From assembly GCA_963762695.1 (NCBI GenBank), contig CAVXLW010000002.1:1853-65852 (forward strand): a stretch of 64,000 nt of DNA, written 5' to 3'. A program made the position numbers and the translations under genes. Source of the stretch: an uncultured Actinomycetota bacterium. Lineage in GTDB: Bacteria; Actinomycetota; Actinomycetes; Frankiales; Frankiaceae. Positions 1 to 9,551 of this stretch are shown in pieces (within the stretch, counting starts at the first letter, position 1; every line of letters begins with the position of its first letter). The notes under the pieces were generated by a model. That model saw only the letters and a list, made by a program, of their open reading frames with translations, did not search any database and was not told where the DNA came from.

Positions 1-222
1 TCCTGGTGCTGGGGCCTGCAGTGGTGACGGCCGAGGCTTCGCGGGACGTGGCGTGGCCGGGGTCAGGTGCCGGCCCAGCCGACCAGCTCATCTCGGGCGC
101 GGCCACCGTGCGCGGGCTCGCGCCAACGGCTGCCGTCACGCCGGTCTCATCGGACGGCGCGCCTGCTTCGCCTCCTTCGACGGCCCGTTCCGGGAGTCGG
201 GCAGAAGGTGCTCATTCCGAGG

Positions 223-1722
223 ATGTCCCGGTGGTGCCGCACACTCGTGCGAGTGAGGGCTAACGCGGGTGGCGACACGTCGGCATCCGGAAAGCGCTGG
301 ACGCCGTGGTCGTCTGCCCGGGTGCGCATCTTCACCGGCTTCATCCTGCTGCTGGGAGTCGGCTTGACCATGTCCATCGTGTTGGCCCGCCGCGAGCTGT
401 TGATCCACACCAACCATCGCATCGACGCCGAACTCAGTGAACGCGTCGCCGAACTGCAATCGCTGGCCGCAAGCGGTATCGATCCGGCAACGGGACGCAG
501 GCTGACGAGTGTGAGCGAGCTGCTGCGGGCGGGGATGGCACGAAGCGCCCCCGAGCAGAACGCGACCGTCGTCGCGCTGCTCGATGGCCGCGCTTATGCG
601 CGTCTGGCCGGAACGGTGCCGTACCGACTGGATTCCGATCCGCGTTTGGTGGCGTTGTGGTCGAACGCCACCACCTCCCGCCTCGGCGACGTCTCCACCC
701 CTGCGGGCAGCGTGCGCTACGCCGTCGTGCCGGTGTCAGCACCGGGGGATCCCCATCAAGGCCGATTTGTCTCCGCGGTTTTTGCCAGCCGTGAGCGCGC
801 CTCCGTCAACGACGTCACCTCAGTTCTGCTGCGCACGGGTGGCATCGTGCTGCTCCTTGCCCTTGCGGTCGTGTGGGTGGCTGCGGGGCGCGTCCTCGCC
901 CCGGTTCGCCAGGTCACCGAACTCGCCAACACCATCTCCGACACCGATACCCGCCGCCGTATCCCCGTCCGCGGTTCGGACGAGGTCAGCCGGCTCGCTT
1001 CCACGTTCAACGGCATGCTCGATCGGCTGCAGGAGGCTTTTCGCGCGCAACGCGCTTTCATCGACGATGCGGGGCATGAGCTGCGGACGCCGATCACCAT
1101 CGTTCGTGGCCACCTCGAGTTGATGGGGGACGATCCGGTGGAACGCGCAGAAACGCTCGCTCTCGTCGACGACGAGTTGGACAGGATGGCCCGCATGGTT
1201 GACGACCTGCTGACGATCGCCAAGTCGAGCCAGCCGAAATTCTTGCGCCTCGATCTCGTCGACGTGTCGCAACTGGTCCACGACGTGCATACGAAGGCGA
1301 CTGCCCTCGGTCCTCGGGGGTGGCAGACGTCGTGTCCGCGGACCTCCACCGTCGCCATGGACCGGCAGCGGATCACTCAGGCACTGATGCAACTGGCCAC
1401 CAACGCGGTCCAGCACACCCGGGCCGATGACAGCATCACGATCGGCGCGGATCTGGACCACGACTCCGTCACGTTCTGGGTGCGCGACACCGGGACCGGC
1501 ATTCCTGAGGCGGATCAGTCGCGCATCTTTGAGCGTTTCGACCGCGGAGGCATCCGTCAGGGGATGGGCGAGGGAGCCGGTCTCGGGTTGGCGATCGTCG
1601 CGGGCATCGTCGAGGCGCACCACGGGCGGGTCGACGTTTCGTCCTCGCCCGGACGCGGCGCGGAATTTCGCCTGGTGCTGCCACTCGACCAGCCGGCGCC
1701 ATGGACGGATGCGGCACTATGA
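223..1722 (+). CDS. Two-component sensor histidine kinase (TM-HAMP-HisKA-HATPase_c)
   Basis: ORF 67..1722. TM helices IFTGFILLLGVGLTMSIVL and GIVLLLALAVVWVAAG, H-box FIDDAGHELRTPITIVRGHLELM, ATP-lid boxes ATNAVQHT, DTGTGIP, GLGLAIVAGIVEAHHG. Start unresolved (ATG 223 chosen; ORF opens at 67). Stop overlaps the regulator ATG (ATGA 1719-1722). Confidence 0.85.
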   Translation: MSRWCRTLVRVRANAGGDTSASGKRWTPWSSARVRIFTGFILLLGVGLTMSIVLARRELLIHTNHRIDAELSERVAELQSLAASGIDPATGRRLTSVSELLRAGMARSAPEQNATVVALLDGRAYARLAGTVPYRLDSDPRLVALWSNATTSRLGDVSTPAGSVRYAVVPVSAPGDPHQGRFVSAVFASRERASVNDVTSVLLRTGGIVLLLALAVVWVAAGRVLAPVRQVTELANTISDTDTRRRIPVRGSDEVSRLASTFNGMLDRLQEAFRAQRAFIDDAGHELRTPITIVRGHLELMGDDPVERAETLALVDDELDRMARMVDDLLTIAKSSQPKFLRLDLVDVSQLVHDVHTKATALGPRGWQTSCPRTSTVAMDRQRITQALMQLATNAVQHTRADDSITIGADLDHDSVTFWVRDTGTGIPEADQSRIFERFDRGGIRQGMGEGAGLGLAIVAGIVEAHHGRVDVSSSPGRGAEFRLVLPLDQPAPWTDAAL

Positions 1723-2381
1723 GTCAGATCCTCATCGTGGAGGACGAGGAACGCATCGCCAGCTTCGTGCAAAAAGGCTTGCGCGCCAACGGTTTTGCCA
1801 CCACCACGGCCGCTGACGGTCACACCGCGTTCGATCTGGCCACCACCGGCGAATTCGATCTGATCCTGCTCGACCTGGGAATTCCCGGCCGGGACGGCTT
1901 TTCGGTGCTGGCCGAGCTGCGCCGCCGGGGCTCGACAATTCCGGTGATCGTGCTGACGGCGCGAGGCGGGATCGATGACACGGTGGCCGGTCTGGAAGGG
2001 GGTGCTGACGACTACCTCTCCAAGCCGTTTCGATTCGAGGAATTGCTGGCTCGAATCCGGCTACGCCTGCGCGGCGACCGCATACCCGAGACGCATGTCC
2101 TGCGCTGTGGTGGACTCTCGCTGGACTTGCGAACCCGGGTTGCCACCGCCGACGGGCGCAGCGGCGACCTGAGCGCCCGGGAGTTCGCGCTCGCCGAGTT
2201 CTTCCTGCGAAACCCCGGTCGCGTACTCACCCGCGAGCAGCTCCTGAGCCGGGTATGGGGCTATGACTACGACCCCGGAAGCAACGTCGTCGACGTCTAC
2301 GTCCGCTATCTGCGGCAAAAGGTCGGCGCCGCGCGCATCCGAACTGTCCGCGGTGCCGGCTACCGGCTCGTGGAGGTGTAG
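1719..2381 (+). CDS. OmpR/PhoB-family response regulator
   Basis: Within ORF 1701..2381, ATG 1719. Receiver MSQILIVEDEERI..FDLILLDLGIPGRDG..DDYLSKPF. Winged helix LSAREFALAEFFLRNPGRVLTREQLLSRVWGYDYDPGSNVVDVYVRYLRQK. Confidence 0.9.
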   Translation: MSQILIVEDEERIASFVQKGLRANGFATTTAADGHTAFDLATTGEFDLILLDLGIPGRDGFSVLAELRRRGSTIPVIVLTARGGIDDTVAGLEGGADDYLSKPFRFEELLARIRLRLRGDRIPETHVLRCGGLSLDLRTRVATADGRSGDLSAREFALAEFFLRNPGRVLTREQLLSRVWGYDYDPGSNVVDVYVRYLRQKVGAARIRTVRGAGYRLVEV

Positions 2382-2390
2382 CGCGGGTAG

Positions 2391-4247
2391 ATGAGACAGC
2401 CCTCATGGGCTTCTCACTCGCCAGTGCTGCTGGTCGCGCAGGCTCTGTTCGTGCTGACAGAGCGGAGACCGGTGGGCCCGCGCTGGCGCGAATACCTGCG
2501 GCCCCACCGCGGCCTTCTCGCCGTGGTGTCCATCGTCACTGTGCTCGAGACGGCACTGGATCTGCTCGCCCCCTGGCCACTGAAACTGCTCGTGGACAAT
2601 GTCGTCGGAGGCCGCCGACCGCCGCCCTGGCTGAGCCCGGTGGTCGGGACCGGCTGGCTGCGCATCGCCATGACCGCGGGGCTCGCGACCGTTCTGATCA
2701 CCGCAGCGAGTGCCGTCTGCACTTATGTCGCGGTCCGCTTCGTTCGTGTCGCCGGCGAGCGGATCGCCGGGACGTTGCGGGAACGAGTCTTCACCCGGCT
2801 GCTCGAACTGGACCTGCGATTCCATGAAGGCCATCGCAGTTCCGAACTCGTGACCCGCCTTACCGGAGACGTGACCCGGGTGCAGGAAGCGCTGACAGCC
2901 TGGGCAGATGTCCTGGTGCCGCAGACATTGACCCTCCTCGGCATGGCGCTTGTGCTGTTTGTCGTCAGCCCGCCACTGGCCATCGTCTCGGCGCTCGTGG
3001 CGCCGCCACTGGCTGGGTTGACGGTGGCTCGCCGGCGCCGAGTCCAGCGCGCTGAGCTGGGCGCCCGATCCGAGGTCGGAGTGCTCGCGGCCTACATGGG
3101 CGACGTGCTGGGAAACATCCGTGCGGTGACCGCCTTCAGCGAGCAACGGCGCAGCCGCACCCGATTCCGGGCGCTGAACAGCTCCGTGACCCGAGCCGCT
3201 GAACATGCCTCGGTGGTCGAAGCGCGCTTCACTCCGGTGGCGGACGTCATCCTCGCCGCCGGTACCGGAAGTGTCCTGTGCGTCGGTGCGGTGCAGGTCA
3301 AGGCGGGGCACCTGACCCTCGGAACCCTGCTCGTGCTGCTCACCTACGTCGGTCTGATGTACGCGCCGATAAGGTCGCTCGCCCGGCTCGGCAGCGTCTT
3401 CGCCCGCGGAGCGGCGGGCCGGCAAAGGCTTGCGGAGGTGCTGGACAGCCCGCACGTACTTCCCGCGCCTTCCATGCCGTTGACAATCGACTCGTCCGGC
3501 CGTCGCGGCCTACCCATCGAGTTTCGCGGGGTGAGTTTCAGGTACGAGCGCGACCGGCCCATCCTCTCCGGCCTGGACCTACTCATCCCCTCCGGCCAGT
3601 TCGTCTGCCTGGTGGGGCGCAGCGGGGCCGGTAAGACGACCCTGCTCTCCCTGGCCGTCAGGCTGTACGACCCCGACCTGGGAAGCGTTCGCGTCGGCGG
3701 CGTCGACGTGCGTGACTGCGCGATCGAGGACGTGCGTAGCCGTATGGCACTGGTGCCGCAGGACACGTGGCTGCTCGACGCGTCTTTGCTGGACAACGTC
3801 CGCTGGGGGTCGCCGCACGCGACGGCCGAGCAGGCGTACGAAACGCTGCAGATGTGCGGTCTCGGGCCGCTGATCGCCCGGCTGCCGGGCGGGTTGGACA
3901 GCCAGCTCGGTGACGGCGGGCATCGGCTGTCGGGAGGCGAGCGGCGCCGGCTTGCCATCGCCCGGGCCCTGCTCCGCGACTGCCCGATCCTGCTGCTGGA
4001 CGAGCCCATGAGCGGGCTCGACGCGCACAGCGAAGCTCAGGTCGCCGACACCCTTCGCCTTGTCGGACGCGACCGGACCGTCGTCATGGTGACCCACCAG
4101 ATGTCGCTCGCGCGTACTGCCGATCTCGTCGTCGTGATCAATGACGGGGTGGTGGCGGAGACGGGTGCGCCGCAACAGCTGCTTGCTGCCGGCGGCCCGT
4201 TTCGCGAGCTGTGCGACCAGCAGGACACCAAAGCCCTGCTCGTGTGA
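2391..4247 (+). CDS. ABC transporter, fused permease/ATP-binding protein (type I exporter)
   Basis: 618-aa ORF. N-terminal multi-TM exporter domain, Walker A GRSGAGKTTLLS, signature LSGGERRRLAIARALL, Walker B ILLLDEPMSGLD, H-loop VMVTHQ. Confidence 0.85.
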   Translation: MRQPSWASHSPVLLVAQALFVLTERRPVGPRWREYLRPHRGLLAVVSIVTVLETALDLLAPWPLKLLVDNVVGGRRPPPWLSPVVGTGWLRIAMTAGLATVLITAASAVCTYVAVRFVRVAGERIAGTLRERVFTRLLELDLRFHEGHRSSELVTRLTGDVTRVQEALTAWADVLVPQTLTLLGMALVLFVVSPPLAIVSALVAPPLAGLTVARRRRVQRAELGARSEVGVLAAYMGDVLGNIRAVTAFSEQRRSRTRFRALNSSVTRAAEHASVVEARFTPVADVILAAGTGSVLCVGAVQVKAGHLTLGTLLVLLTYVGLMYAPIRSLARLGSVFARGAAGRQRLAEVLDSPHVLPAPSMPLTIDSSGRRGLPIEFRGVSFRYERDRPILSGLDLLIPSGQFVCLVGRSGAGKTTLLSLAVRLYDPDLGSVRVGGVDVRDCAIEDVRSRMALVPQDTWLLDASLLDNVRWGSPHATAEQAYETLQMCGLGPLIARLPGGLDSQLGDGGHRLSGGERRRLAIARALLRDCPILLLDEPMSGLDAHSEAQVADTLRLVGRDRTVVMVTHQMSLARTADLVVVINDGVVAETGAPQQLLAAGGPFRELCDQQDTKALLV

Positions 4248-4316
4248 CCGGTGAGCTGACAGCTCGTCTGCGGATCCCAGGCTGACCGGTGTGCCCCTCT
4301 ATTTCGGGTGGGGCAT

Positions 4317-4361
4317 GCGAAAACGCAGGCCCGCCGTGATCGGCGAAGCCTGCGTTTTCGC
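4317..4361. terminator. Bidirectional stem-loop between convergent genes
   Basis: Perfect 14-bp inverted repeat GCGAAAACGCAGGC (4317-4330) / GCCTGCGTTTTCGC (4348-4361) with a 17-nt loop. It lies between the ABC exporter stop (4247) and the small minus-strand ORF stop (4378). Confidence 0.45.
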
Positions 4362-4377
4362 GTATGGATGGAACCGC

Positions 4378-4464
4378 TCAGCGGTCCCTCCCTCCGTCCT
4401 TGTCCTTGTCCTTCTCGATCTCCTTGTCCTGGTGGCGATCGCGGCTCGTGGGTGCAGTCTGCAT
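4378..4464 (-). CDS. Small ORF, 28 aa, highly charged (MQTAPTSRDRHQDKEIEKDKDKDGGRDR)
   Basis: Not in the ORF track (too short). ATG 4464 is preceded by AAGGGGGGTGA with a 5-nt spacer, and the stop TGA 4378-4380 is followed 16 nt later by the 4317-4361 hairpin. No family recognised. Confidence 0.35.
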   Translation of the reverse strand: MQTAPTSRDRHQDKEIEKDKDKDGGRDR

Positions 4465-4806
4465 GGGAATCACCCCCCTTCGGTTCTTGCTGGTGTGAAA
4501 CCCATACTGCGCAAGGGGAATGGCCCATGGGTGAGCCGATCGTGAGGCCCTTCTCATCGCCGGCGCCCCGGCACGAGCCGGCCGGGCCGGCGCTACATGA
4601 GAGCTTCCTCATCCGTCCGTGCGGCTGTTCTCACAAAGCGGGCCGACGCTATGAATCCGGGTCGACGGGCACTCGCCAGCCTCAAGGGGTGAATGCCCGA
4701 TCGGCCGATGAGGCAGGAGCTGGTCCGGCTCCCGCCCGCACGGTCGAGGCTGTCCGCGCCCCCCGAGGGCGGCCTCGACCGCGCGTTCCCCCAAACGCAA
4801 TGCACC

Positions 4807-5055
4807 ATGGTCGGCATGAGATGGCGGCGGCGCTCCGATCCTGCCGAGCTCATCGCGCAGCTGACCACGCAGCGCGAGCAGCTGGTCGCCGAGCTCGATG
4901 TCGTCGAGTCCGATGCTGCCTGGGCGCGCGCCTCGGACGAACTCGCCGAGCGCGTCGACGGCGAGCGGCTGCAACGGCAAGCGGCCGCGTTACGCGCCGA
5001 GCTGGGCAGGCTCGACACCCGGCTCCTGCGGGCGCAGCTCGACGCGCTGGATTGA
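4807..5055 (+). CDS. Hypothetical small coiled-coil-like protein
   Basis: Within ORF 4693..5055, ATG 4807 (or 4816). Strong G/C third-position bias and a Leu/Glu/Arg-rich heptad-like sequence (AELIAQLTTQREQLVAELD..LRAELGRLDTRLLRAQLDALD). No family recognised. Confidence 0.4.
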   Translation: MVGMRWRRRSDPAELIAQLTTQREQLVAELDVVESDAAWARASDELAERVDGERLQRQAAALRAELGRLDTRLLRAQLDALD

Positions 5056-5075
5056 GCGCCGCTGCCGGCGCCGGT

Positions 5076-6122
5076 TCAGAGCTGGCGGAAGGTCGCGAAG
5101 TGGGCGAGCTCCAGCAGATCGGCCTTCACGGCTTCCGGCGCGTTCAGGGTCTCGACATGACGCTCGGCCGCGCCCAGGTGGTGGCGGGCCTCATCGAGCA
5201 CCCACTTGTGAAAGCCGGCGGCGCTCAGCTCGTCGGCGGCGGCCTCGAGCAGTTCCTCGGGCGGCTGGGCACCTTCACCGAACATGACCGAGCGCAGCGC
5301 GTCGAGCCCGTCCACCCCCGATTCCAGCGCCGCGGTGATGGGGAGGGTCTTCTTGCGTGAGCGCAGATCTCCGAGCACCGGCTTGCCGGTCACGTCGGAG
5401 TCTCCCCAGATGCCGATCGCGTCGTCGACGAGCTGAAAAGCCATCCCGAGTTGCTGGCCGAAGCCCTGCAGGAGTTCGATCTCACCCTCGGGCGCACCGG
5501 AGAGAATCGCGCCCAGCGCCGACGCGCATTCCAGCAGCGACGCCGTTTTCCCCGCTGCCATGCGGCGGCAGTCGTCGAGCGTGACGTCACGGCGGGTCTC
5601 GAATTCCAGGTCGAGCGCCTGTCCCTCGATCAGCTCGCTCACGCAGCGATTGAGGAAGCGAATTCCCTCGAGCGTGCTGGCACTTCCGGAATCCAACACG
5701 CGCCCGATCGCGAGCGACAGCAGGGCATCTCCGGAAATGATGGCGGCGCCGGCGCCATAGGCGACCCAGGCCGTCGGGCGATGCCGGCGGCGGGTGTCGC
5801 CGTCCATCAAATCGTCGTGCAGCAAAGAAAAGTCGTGGACGAGTTCGACAGCTACGGCGGCGGCGATGCCGTATTCGTCAGGGCCCCTGACCGCGCGTGA
5901 CGACAGCACGGCGAGCGCCGATCGCAGGGCCTTGCCGGTGGGGCGCCCGGACGGCTCCCCGTCGACCGTGGTCCAGCCCCGGTGATAGGACTCCACCCGC
6001 TCCAGGCCCAGATGCAGGCGCGACACCGTCTCCCGGATCGCCGGCTCGGTGAGCTCGCGCAGCTCGCCGAGCACCCGGGGCAGCCCCTCGGCCCCGGTCG
6101 TCTGCGGCGCGTAGATCGTCAT
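5076..6122 (-). CDS. Polyprenyl diphosphate synthase (FPP/GGPP synthase family), hopanoid-cluster associated
   Basis: Within ORF 5076..6320. ATG 6122 overlaps the hpnD stop (ATGA 6119-6122). Asp-rich motifs LLHDDLMDGDTRRRHRPT and FQLVDDAIGIWGD. Confidence 0.85.
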   Translation of the reverse strand: MTIYAPQTTGAEGLPRVLGELRELTEPAIRETVSRLHLGLERVESYHRGWTTVDGEPSGRPTGKALRSALAVLSSRAVRGPDEYGIAAAVAVELVHDFSLLHDDLMDGDTRRRHRPTAWVAYGAGAAIISGDALLSLAIGRVLDSGSASTLEGIRFLNRCVSELIEGQALDLEFETRRDVTLDDCRRMAAGKTASLLECASALGAILSGAPEGEIELLQGFGQQLGMAFQLVDDAIGIWGDSDVTGKPVLGDLRSRKKTLPITAALESGVDGLDALRSVMFGEGAQPPEELLEAAADELSAAGFHKWVLDEARHHLGAAERHVETLNAPEAVKADLLELAHFATFRQL

Positions 6123-6994
6123 GGCCGCCTCCCCGCCAGGCTGCGCACGGCGACCTTCGCCTTGTCGCCTCCGGACAACGAAACCCGCTGGGTGCGCACC
6201 GCCGCCGGATCGGCGGCGATCACCCCGTTGAGCCGGTGATAGATGCCGGCCATGGCGGCACAACACGCGAAGCTGCGGCGATCCAGCAGGTCGAGGAGCT
6301 CGAAACCCTCTCGATACCACTGCTCGGCCCGGGCGGTGTCGGCGCGGATCATGTCGGCGAAGGGGCCCACCGGGCCGCGCAGATCGCCCTGCTCGTCGAG
6401 CTCCAGGGTCACCCCGAACCGGTCCAGGTCTTCCTTGGGGAGGTAGACCCGGCCGTTGCCGAGGTCTTCGCGCACGTCACGCAGGATGTTGGTCTGCTGC
6501 AAGGCGACCCCCAGCTGGTCGGCCAGCCTCGGCGCATCCGGATGGGTGGTGCCGCCGAAGATCGACAGGCACAGCCGCCCTACCGTGCCGGCCACCCGGC
6601 GGCAGTACAGCACCAGGTCGTCGAACGTGGCGTAGGTGGTCCCGCGGACATCCATCTCGATGCCGTCGATCAGTTCCTGCAGGGCCTCGAGGGGGAGCGG
6701 GAAGCGCTTGCGGGTGTCGTCGAGCGCCACGAGCACCGGATCGCTCTGCGCCTCGCCGAGATCATCGAGCTGCGCGCGCAACGCGGCGAGGCGCTGGACC
6801 TTCACGTCCTGCGGCAGGTCGGGATCGTCGCCGATGTCATCGGCACGCCGGGCGAATGCGTAGACAGCCGACAGGGAGGAGCGCTTCTGCGCAGGTAGCA
6901 GCCGGATCCCGTACGAGAAGTTACGAGCTTGCTGGTGGGTGATCCGCTTGCACTCGGCGTAGGCCTCGTCCAACGTCGACACGTTCGCCGTCAT
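6119..6994 (-). CDS. hpnD: Presqualene diphosphate synthase HpnD (squalene/phytoene synthase family)
   Basis: 291-aa ORF with ARNFSYGIRLLPAQKRSSLSAVYAFARRADDIGDD, YCRRVAGTVG and ILRDVREDLGNGRVYLP. Assigned HpnD rather than HpnC from the phytoene-synthase-like N-terminus and cluster context. Confidence 0.8.
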   Translation of the reverse strand: MTANVSTLDEAYAECKRITHQQARNFSYGIRLLPAQKRSSLSAVYAFARRADDIGDDPDLPQDVKVQRLAALRAQLDDLGEAQSDPVLVALDDTRKRFPLPLEALQELIDGIEMDVRGTTYATFDDLVLYCRRVAGTVGRLCLSIFGGTTHPDAPRLADQLGVALQQTNILRDVREDLGNGRVYLPKEDLDRFGVTLELDEQGDLRGPVGPFADMIRADTARAEQWYREGFELLDLLDRRSFACCAAMAGIYHRLNGVIAADPAAVRTQRVSLSGGDKAKVAVRSLAGRRP

Positions 6995-7063
6995 CGACCT
7001 CCGTCCGCGAGCCGTCGTTCCCCCCCAGCGACATCTGTCGTCAATTCTGTCATGAGGTCGCTC

Positions 7064-8404
7064 TCATACCGGCAACAACGCTCGTGCTGCTGCCTGGCCG
7101 CTGCGAACCGCCCCCTCCATCGTCGCCGGCCATCCCGTGCGGGTCCACGCGCCGGCCACCACCAGCCCCGGCATGGCGGTGGGGTTCAGCGGCCGGCGTG
7201 CCAGCTGCCCGGGCTGCTGGGCGAACGTGGCGTGGGGCTCGCGCGTCACCAGCACGCGCTGGACGTGCTCGGGCTTCGCGCGCGGCAGCAGCCGGGAGAG
7301 CTCGTCGACGAAGATCTGCTCGATCTCGGCGGCCTTGCGCTGCTGCCAGTCCGCTGCGGCCGACAGCGAGATCGCCAGGTACTGCCCGGCGGTGACGCCG
7401 GCCGCCTGGGTGCGGTCGAAGACCCACTGGACCGGCGACCCGATTGCGGCCGCGAAGGGCTCGTCCATCACGCGACGGTCGTAGAACACGTGGACGTTGA
7501 CGATGGGGCTGCTGCCGAGCGCGCGCAGGCCCGACGTGTCCAGGCACGCCCCGCGCGGCGCCAGATCGGCGACGATGTCATGGGGAACGGCGAGGACGAC
7601 CGCGCCGGTCTGCATGCCCCCGCCGTCCGTCTCGAGGTGCCAACCGTCCGCTGCCCGCCGTAGCTCGCGTACCCGGCACCCGGTACGCAGCTGCGCACCC
7701 AGCGACTCCAGCTTGGCCCGCCCGGCGTCACCGTGCAGCGCGCCGAGGGGCACCCGGCTGTAGCCGATGTCAGCCCCTCCGGAGGTCTCGAGCAGCCCGG
7801 TGCGTACGACCTTGGCCGCGAGGGCCAGGCTTGCCTCCCGCGGCGGCGCGTTCAGCGTCGCGACGGTCAGCAGCTCCCACAGCGCGGGCAGGCTGAGCCC
7901 GCGCTGGCCATGCGCGTCGAGCCAGTCGCCGAAGGACCGGGCGTCGACGGCCGGGTCCTGCTGGTTGAGCCGGGCGAGCGCCAGCACCGCCGGGACGCTG
8001 CGCAGCCGCTGGCCCAGCGGCATCGCGCCATAGCGCAGCAGCCCGCCGGCCAGATGCAGCGGCGGGGGCAGCGGGAAGCGGCTGCGTCGCAGGTGAGCGG
8101 CGCGCACGTCAGATCCCTCGCCGTGCAGCACCGTCACGTCGAGCCGGGGCTGCAGCTGCGTCAGGTGCTCGACGCCGAGCCGTCGCAGGAAGCTGCGGTA
8201 GGCGGTGCAGCAGCGCAGGAAGACGTGCTGGCCGGTGTCGAGCGTCAGGCCGTCGCGGGTGAAGGAGGCGGTCGCGCCGCCCAGCCTCGGTCGCGCCTCC
8301 AGCAGCGTGACCCGCCACCCGGCCTCGGCCAGGTCGAGTGCGGCGGACAGGCCGGCCAGGCCCCCGCCGACCACGACGACCGACTGCGCTGCGGACTCAG
8401 CCAC
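7064..8404 (-). CDS. hpnE: Hydroxysqualene dehydroxylase HpnE (FAD amine-oxidase/phytoene-desaturase family)
   Basis: Within ORF 7064..8524. GTG 8404 overlaps the hpnC stop by 8 nt. Dinucleotide fold VVVVGGGLAGLSAALDLAEAGWRVTLLEARPRLGG; C-terminus GLVVAGAWTRTGWPATMEGAVRSG. Confidence 0.8.
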   Translation of the reverse strand: MAESAAQSVVVVGGGLAGLSAALDLAEAGWRVTLLEARPRLGGATASFTRDGLTLDTGQHVFLRCCTAYRSFLRRLGVEHLTQLQPRLDVTVLHGEGSDVRAAHLRRSRFPLPPPLHLAGGLLRYGAMPLGQRLRSVPAVLALARLNQQDPAVDARSFGDWLDAHGQRGLSLPALWELLTVATLNAPPREASLALAAKVVRTGLLETSGGADIGYSRVPLGALHGDAGRAKLESLGAQLRTGCRVRELRRAADGWHLETDGGGMQTGAVVLAVPHDIVADLAPRGACLDTSGLRALGSSPIVNVHVFYDRRVMDEPFAAAIGSPVQWVFDRTQAAGVTAGQYLAISLSAAADWQQRKAAEIEQIFVDELSRLLPRAKPEHVQRVLVTREPHATFAQQPGQLARRPLNPTAMPGLVVAGAWTRTGWPATMEGAVRSGQAAARALLPV

Positions 8405-9305
8405 GGATTCCCGCCGCCAGGGTGCGAACCGTGTGCCACACCACGCGCCGCTTCTTCGGTCCCGGCGTGACGTGCACCGCGTCGGCGCCCGCGGCCTGGA
8501 CGGCATCCAGCGCCGCCAGCCCACCTGCCGTGAATCCCGCTACAGCTATCCGCGGCGCCCCCCGGACCAGCCGCACCAGCGGCGGGCCGGCGGCCAGCAA
8601 GATCCGCGCCCGCTCGGACACCTCGGCCAGTAGCGACTCGACCCGCGCGCGGTCGGCGGCGGAGAGCCGCCCGGAGCGGGCCAGCAGCTCCGCGGTGACG
8701 CCGTGCCTGGCGAGCGCGTCTTCGGGCAGGTAGAGACGCCCGGCGGCGAGGTCCTCACCCACGTCCTGCAGGTGCTCGGCGATCTGCAGCCCGGTGCAGA
8801 CGTCGTCGGAGAGGGCGACGCGCCGCTCGTCGTCGAGATCCCAGAGTGCCAGCACGAGATGGCCGACCGGTTCGGCGGACAGCCGGCAGTAGCCGCGCAG
8901 CGCGGCGAAGTCGGCGTAGCGCGTGACCTGCTGATCCATCCGATTGGCCGCCACCAGGTCGTGGAAGGGGCGCATCGACAGGCCCCGGTCACGGGCGACC
9001 GGCACCAGCGCCGCGACCGGACCCAGCGTCGGACGGCCCGCGGCGACCAGGTCGAGCTCGTCGTCGATCAGCTCGAGCAGCGCGAGCCGGTCGCCAGGGG
9101 CTTCGTCGCCGACGTCGTCGATCAGGCGCGCGAGCACGTAGACGTCGAGCAGTTCGCGCCTTCGCCGGGCGTGCAGGATGCGGCTGGCCACCGGGAAGTT
9201 CTCGCGCTTGGCCCGGGCCGCATCGAGTTCGGCAATGCGATTTTCGAGCCATTCCCGGTCGGCCGCACTCACCTTGCCGGGCTGCGGAGCGTCAGTTTTC
9301 GGCAT
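8397..9305 (-). CDS. hpnC: Hydroxysqualene synthase HpnC (squalene synthase-like)
   Basis: 302-aa ORF with ENFPVASRIL..LLDVYVLARLIDDVGDEAPGDR, YCRLSAEPVGH and IAEHLQDVGEDLAAGRLYLPED. The ENFPVAS signature is typical of HpnC-type proteins. Confidence 0.8.
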   Translation of the reverse strand: MPKTDAPQPGKVSAADREWLENRIAELDAARAKRENFPVASRILHARRRRELLDVYVLARLIDDVGDEAPGDRLALLELIDDELDLVAAGRPTLGPVAALVPVARDRGLSMRPFHDLVAANRMDQQVTRYADFAALRGYCRLSAEPVGHLVLALWDLDDERRVALSDDVCTGLQIAEHLQDVGEDLAAGRLYLPEDALARHGVTAELLARSGRLSAADRARVESLLAEVSERARILLAAGPPLVRLVRGAPRIAVAGFTAGGLAALDAVQAAGADAVHVTPGPKKRRVVWHTVRTLAAGIRG

Positions 9306-9551
9306 TCTCTTGCACGCAAGGTGCGGCAGATCGACGCATGGGGCCAGAAACGCACAAGAATGGGGGTGGCAACGGAGCCTCCTTGATCGTTCTGCCGTAT
9401 TGCCGGGCCGTGTCCCGCGGGGCGCTTCCCAGTACTACACGGCAGGGCGGGCAGAATGATCCCAAGCGATGAGGAATCGGAGGTCGCCGCCGATGAACCC
9501 AGCCTCGGTGCGATTGTCAGGCCAGCCGCCAACAGTTCCCGAGCGGCGTGC

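Noticed and set aside
6-263. An 85-aa ORF at the left edge, possibly the end of an upstream gene.
   Set aside because: Weak third-position bias and no motifs. It overlaps the possible 5' region of the kinase ORF.
4741-4781. A 10-bp inverted repeat CGGTCGAGGC / GCCTCGACCG with a 21-nt loop, 25 nt upstream of ATG 4807.
   Set aside because: The stem is short and GC-rich, of a kind expected by chance at this composition. It has no partner signal and an unclear transcriptional context.
4308-5360. A 350-aa plus-strand ORF crossing the 4250-5076 intergenic area and running antisense into the polyprenyl synthase gene.
   Set aside because: Arg/Ala-rich with no motifs. It overlaps a well-supported minus-strand gene and the small coiled-coil ORF, so it is a typical GC-rich artefact.
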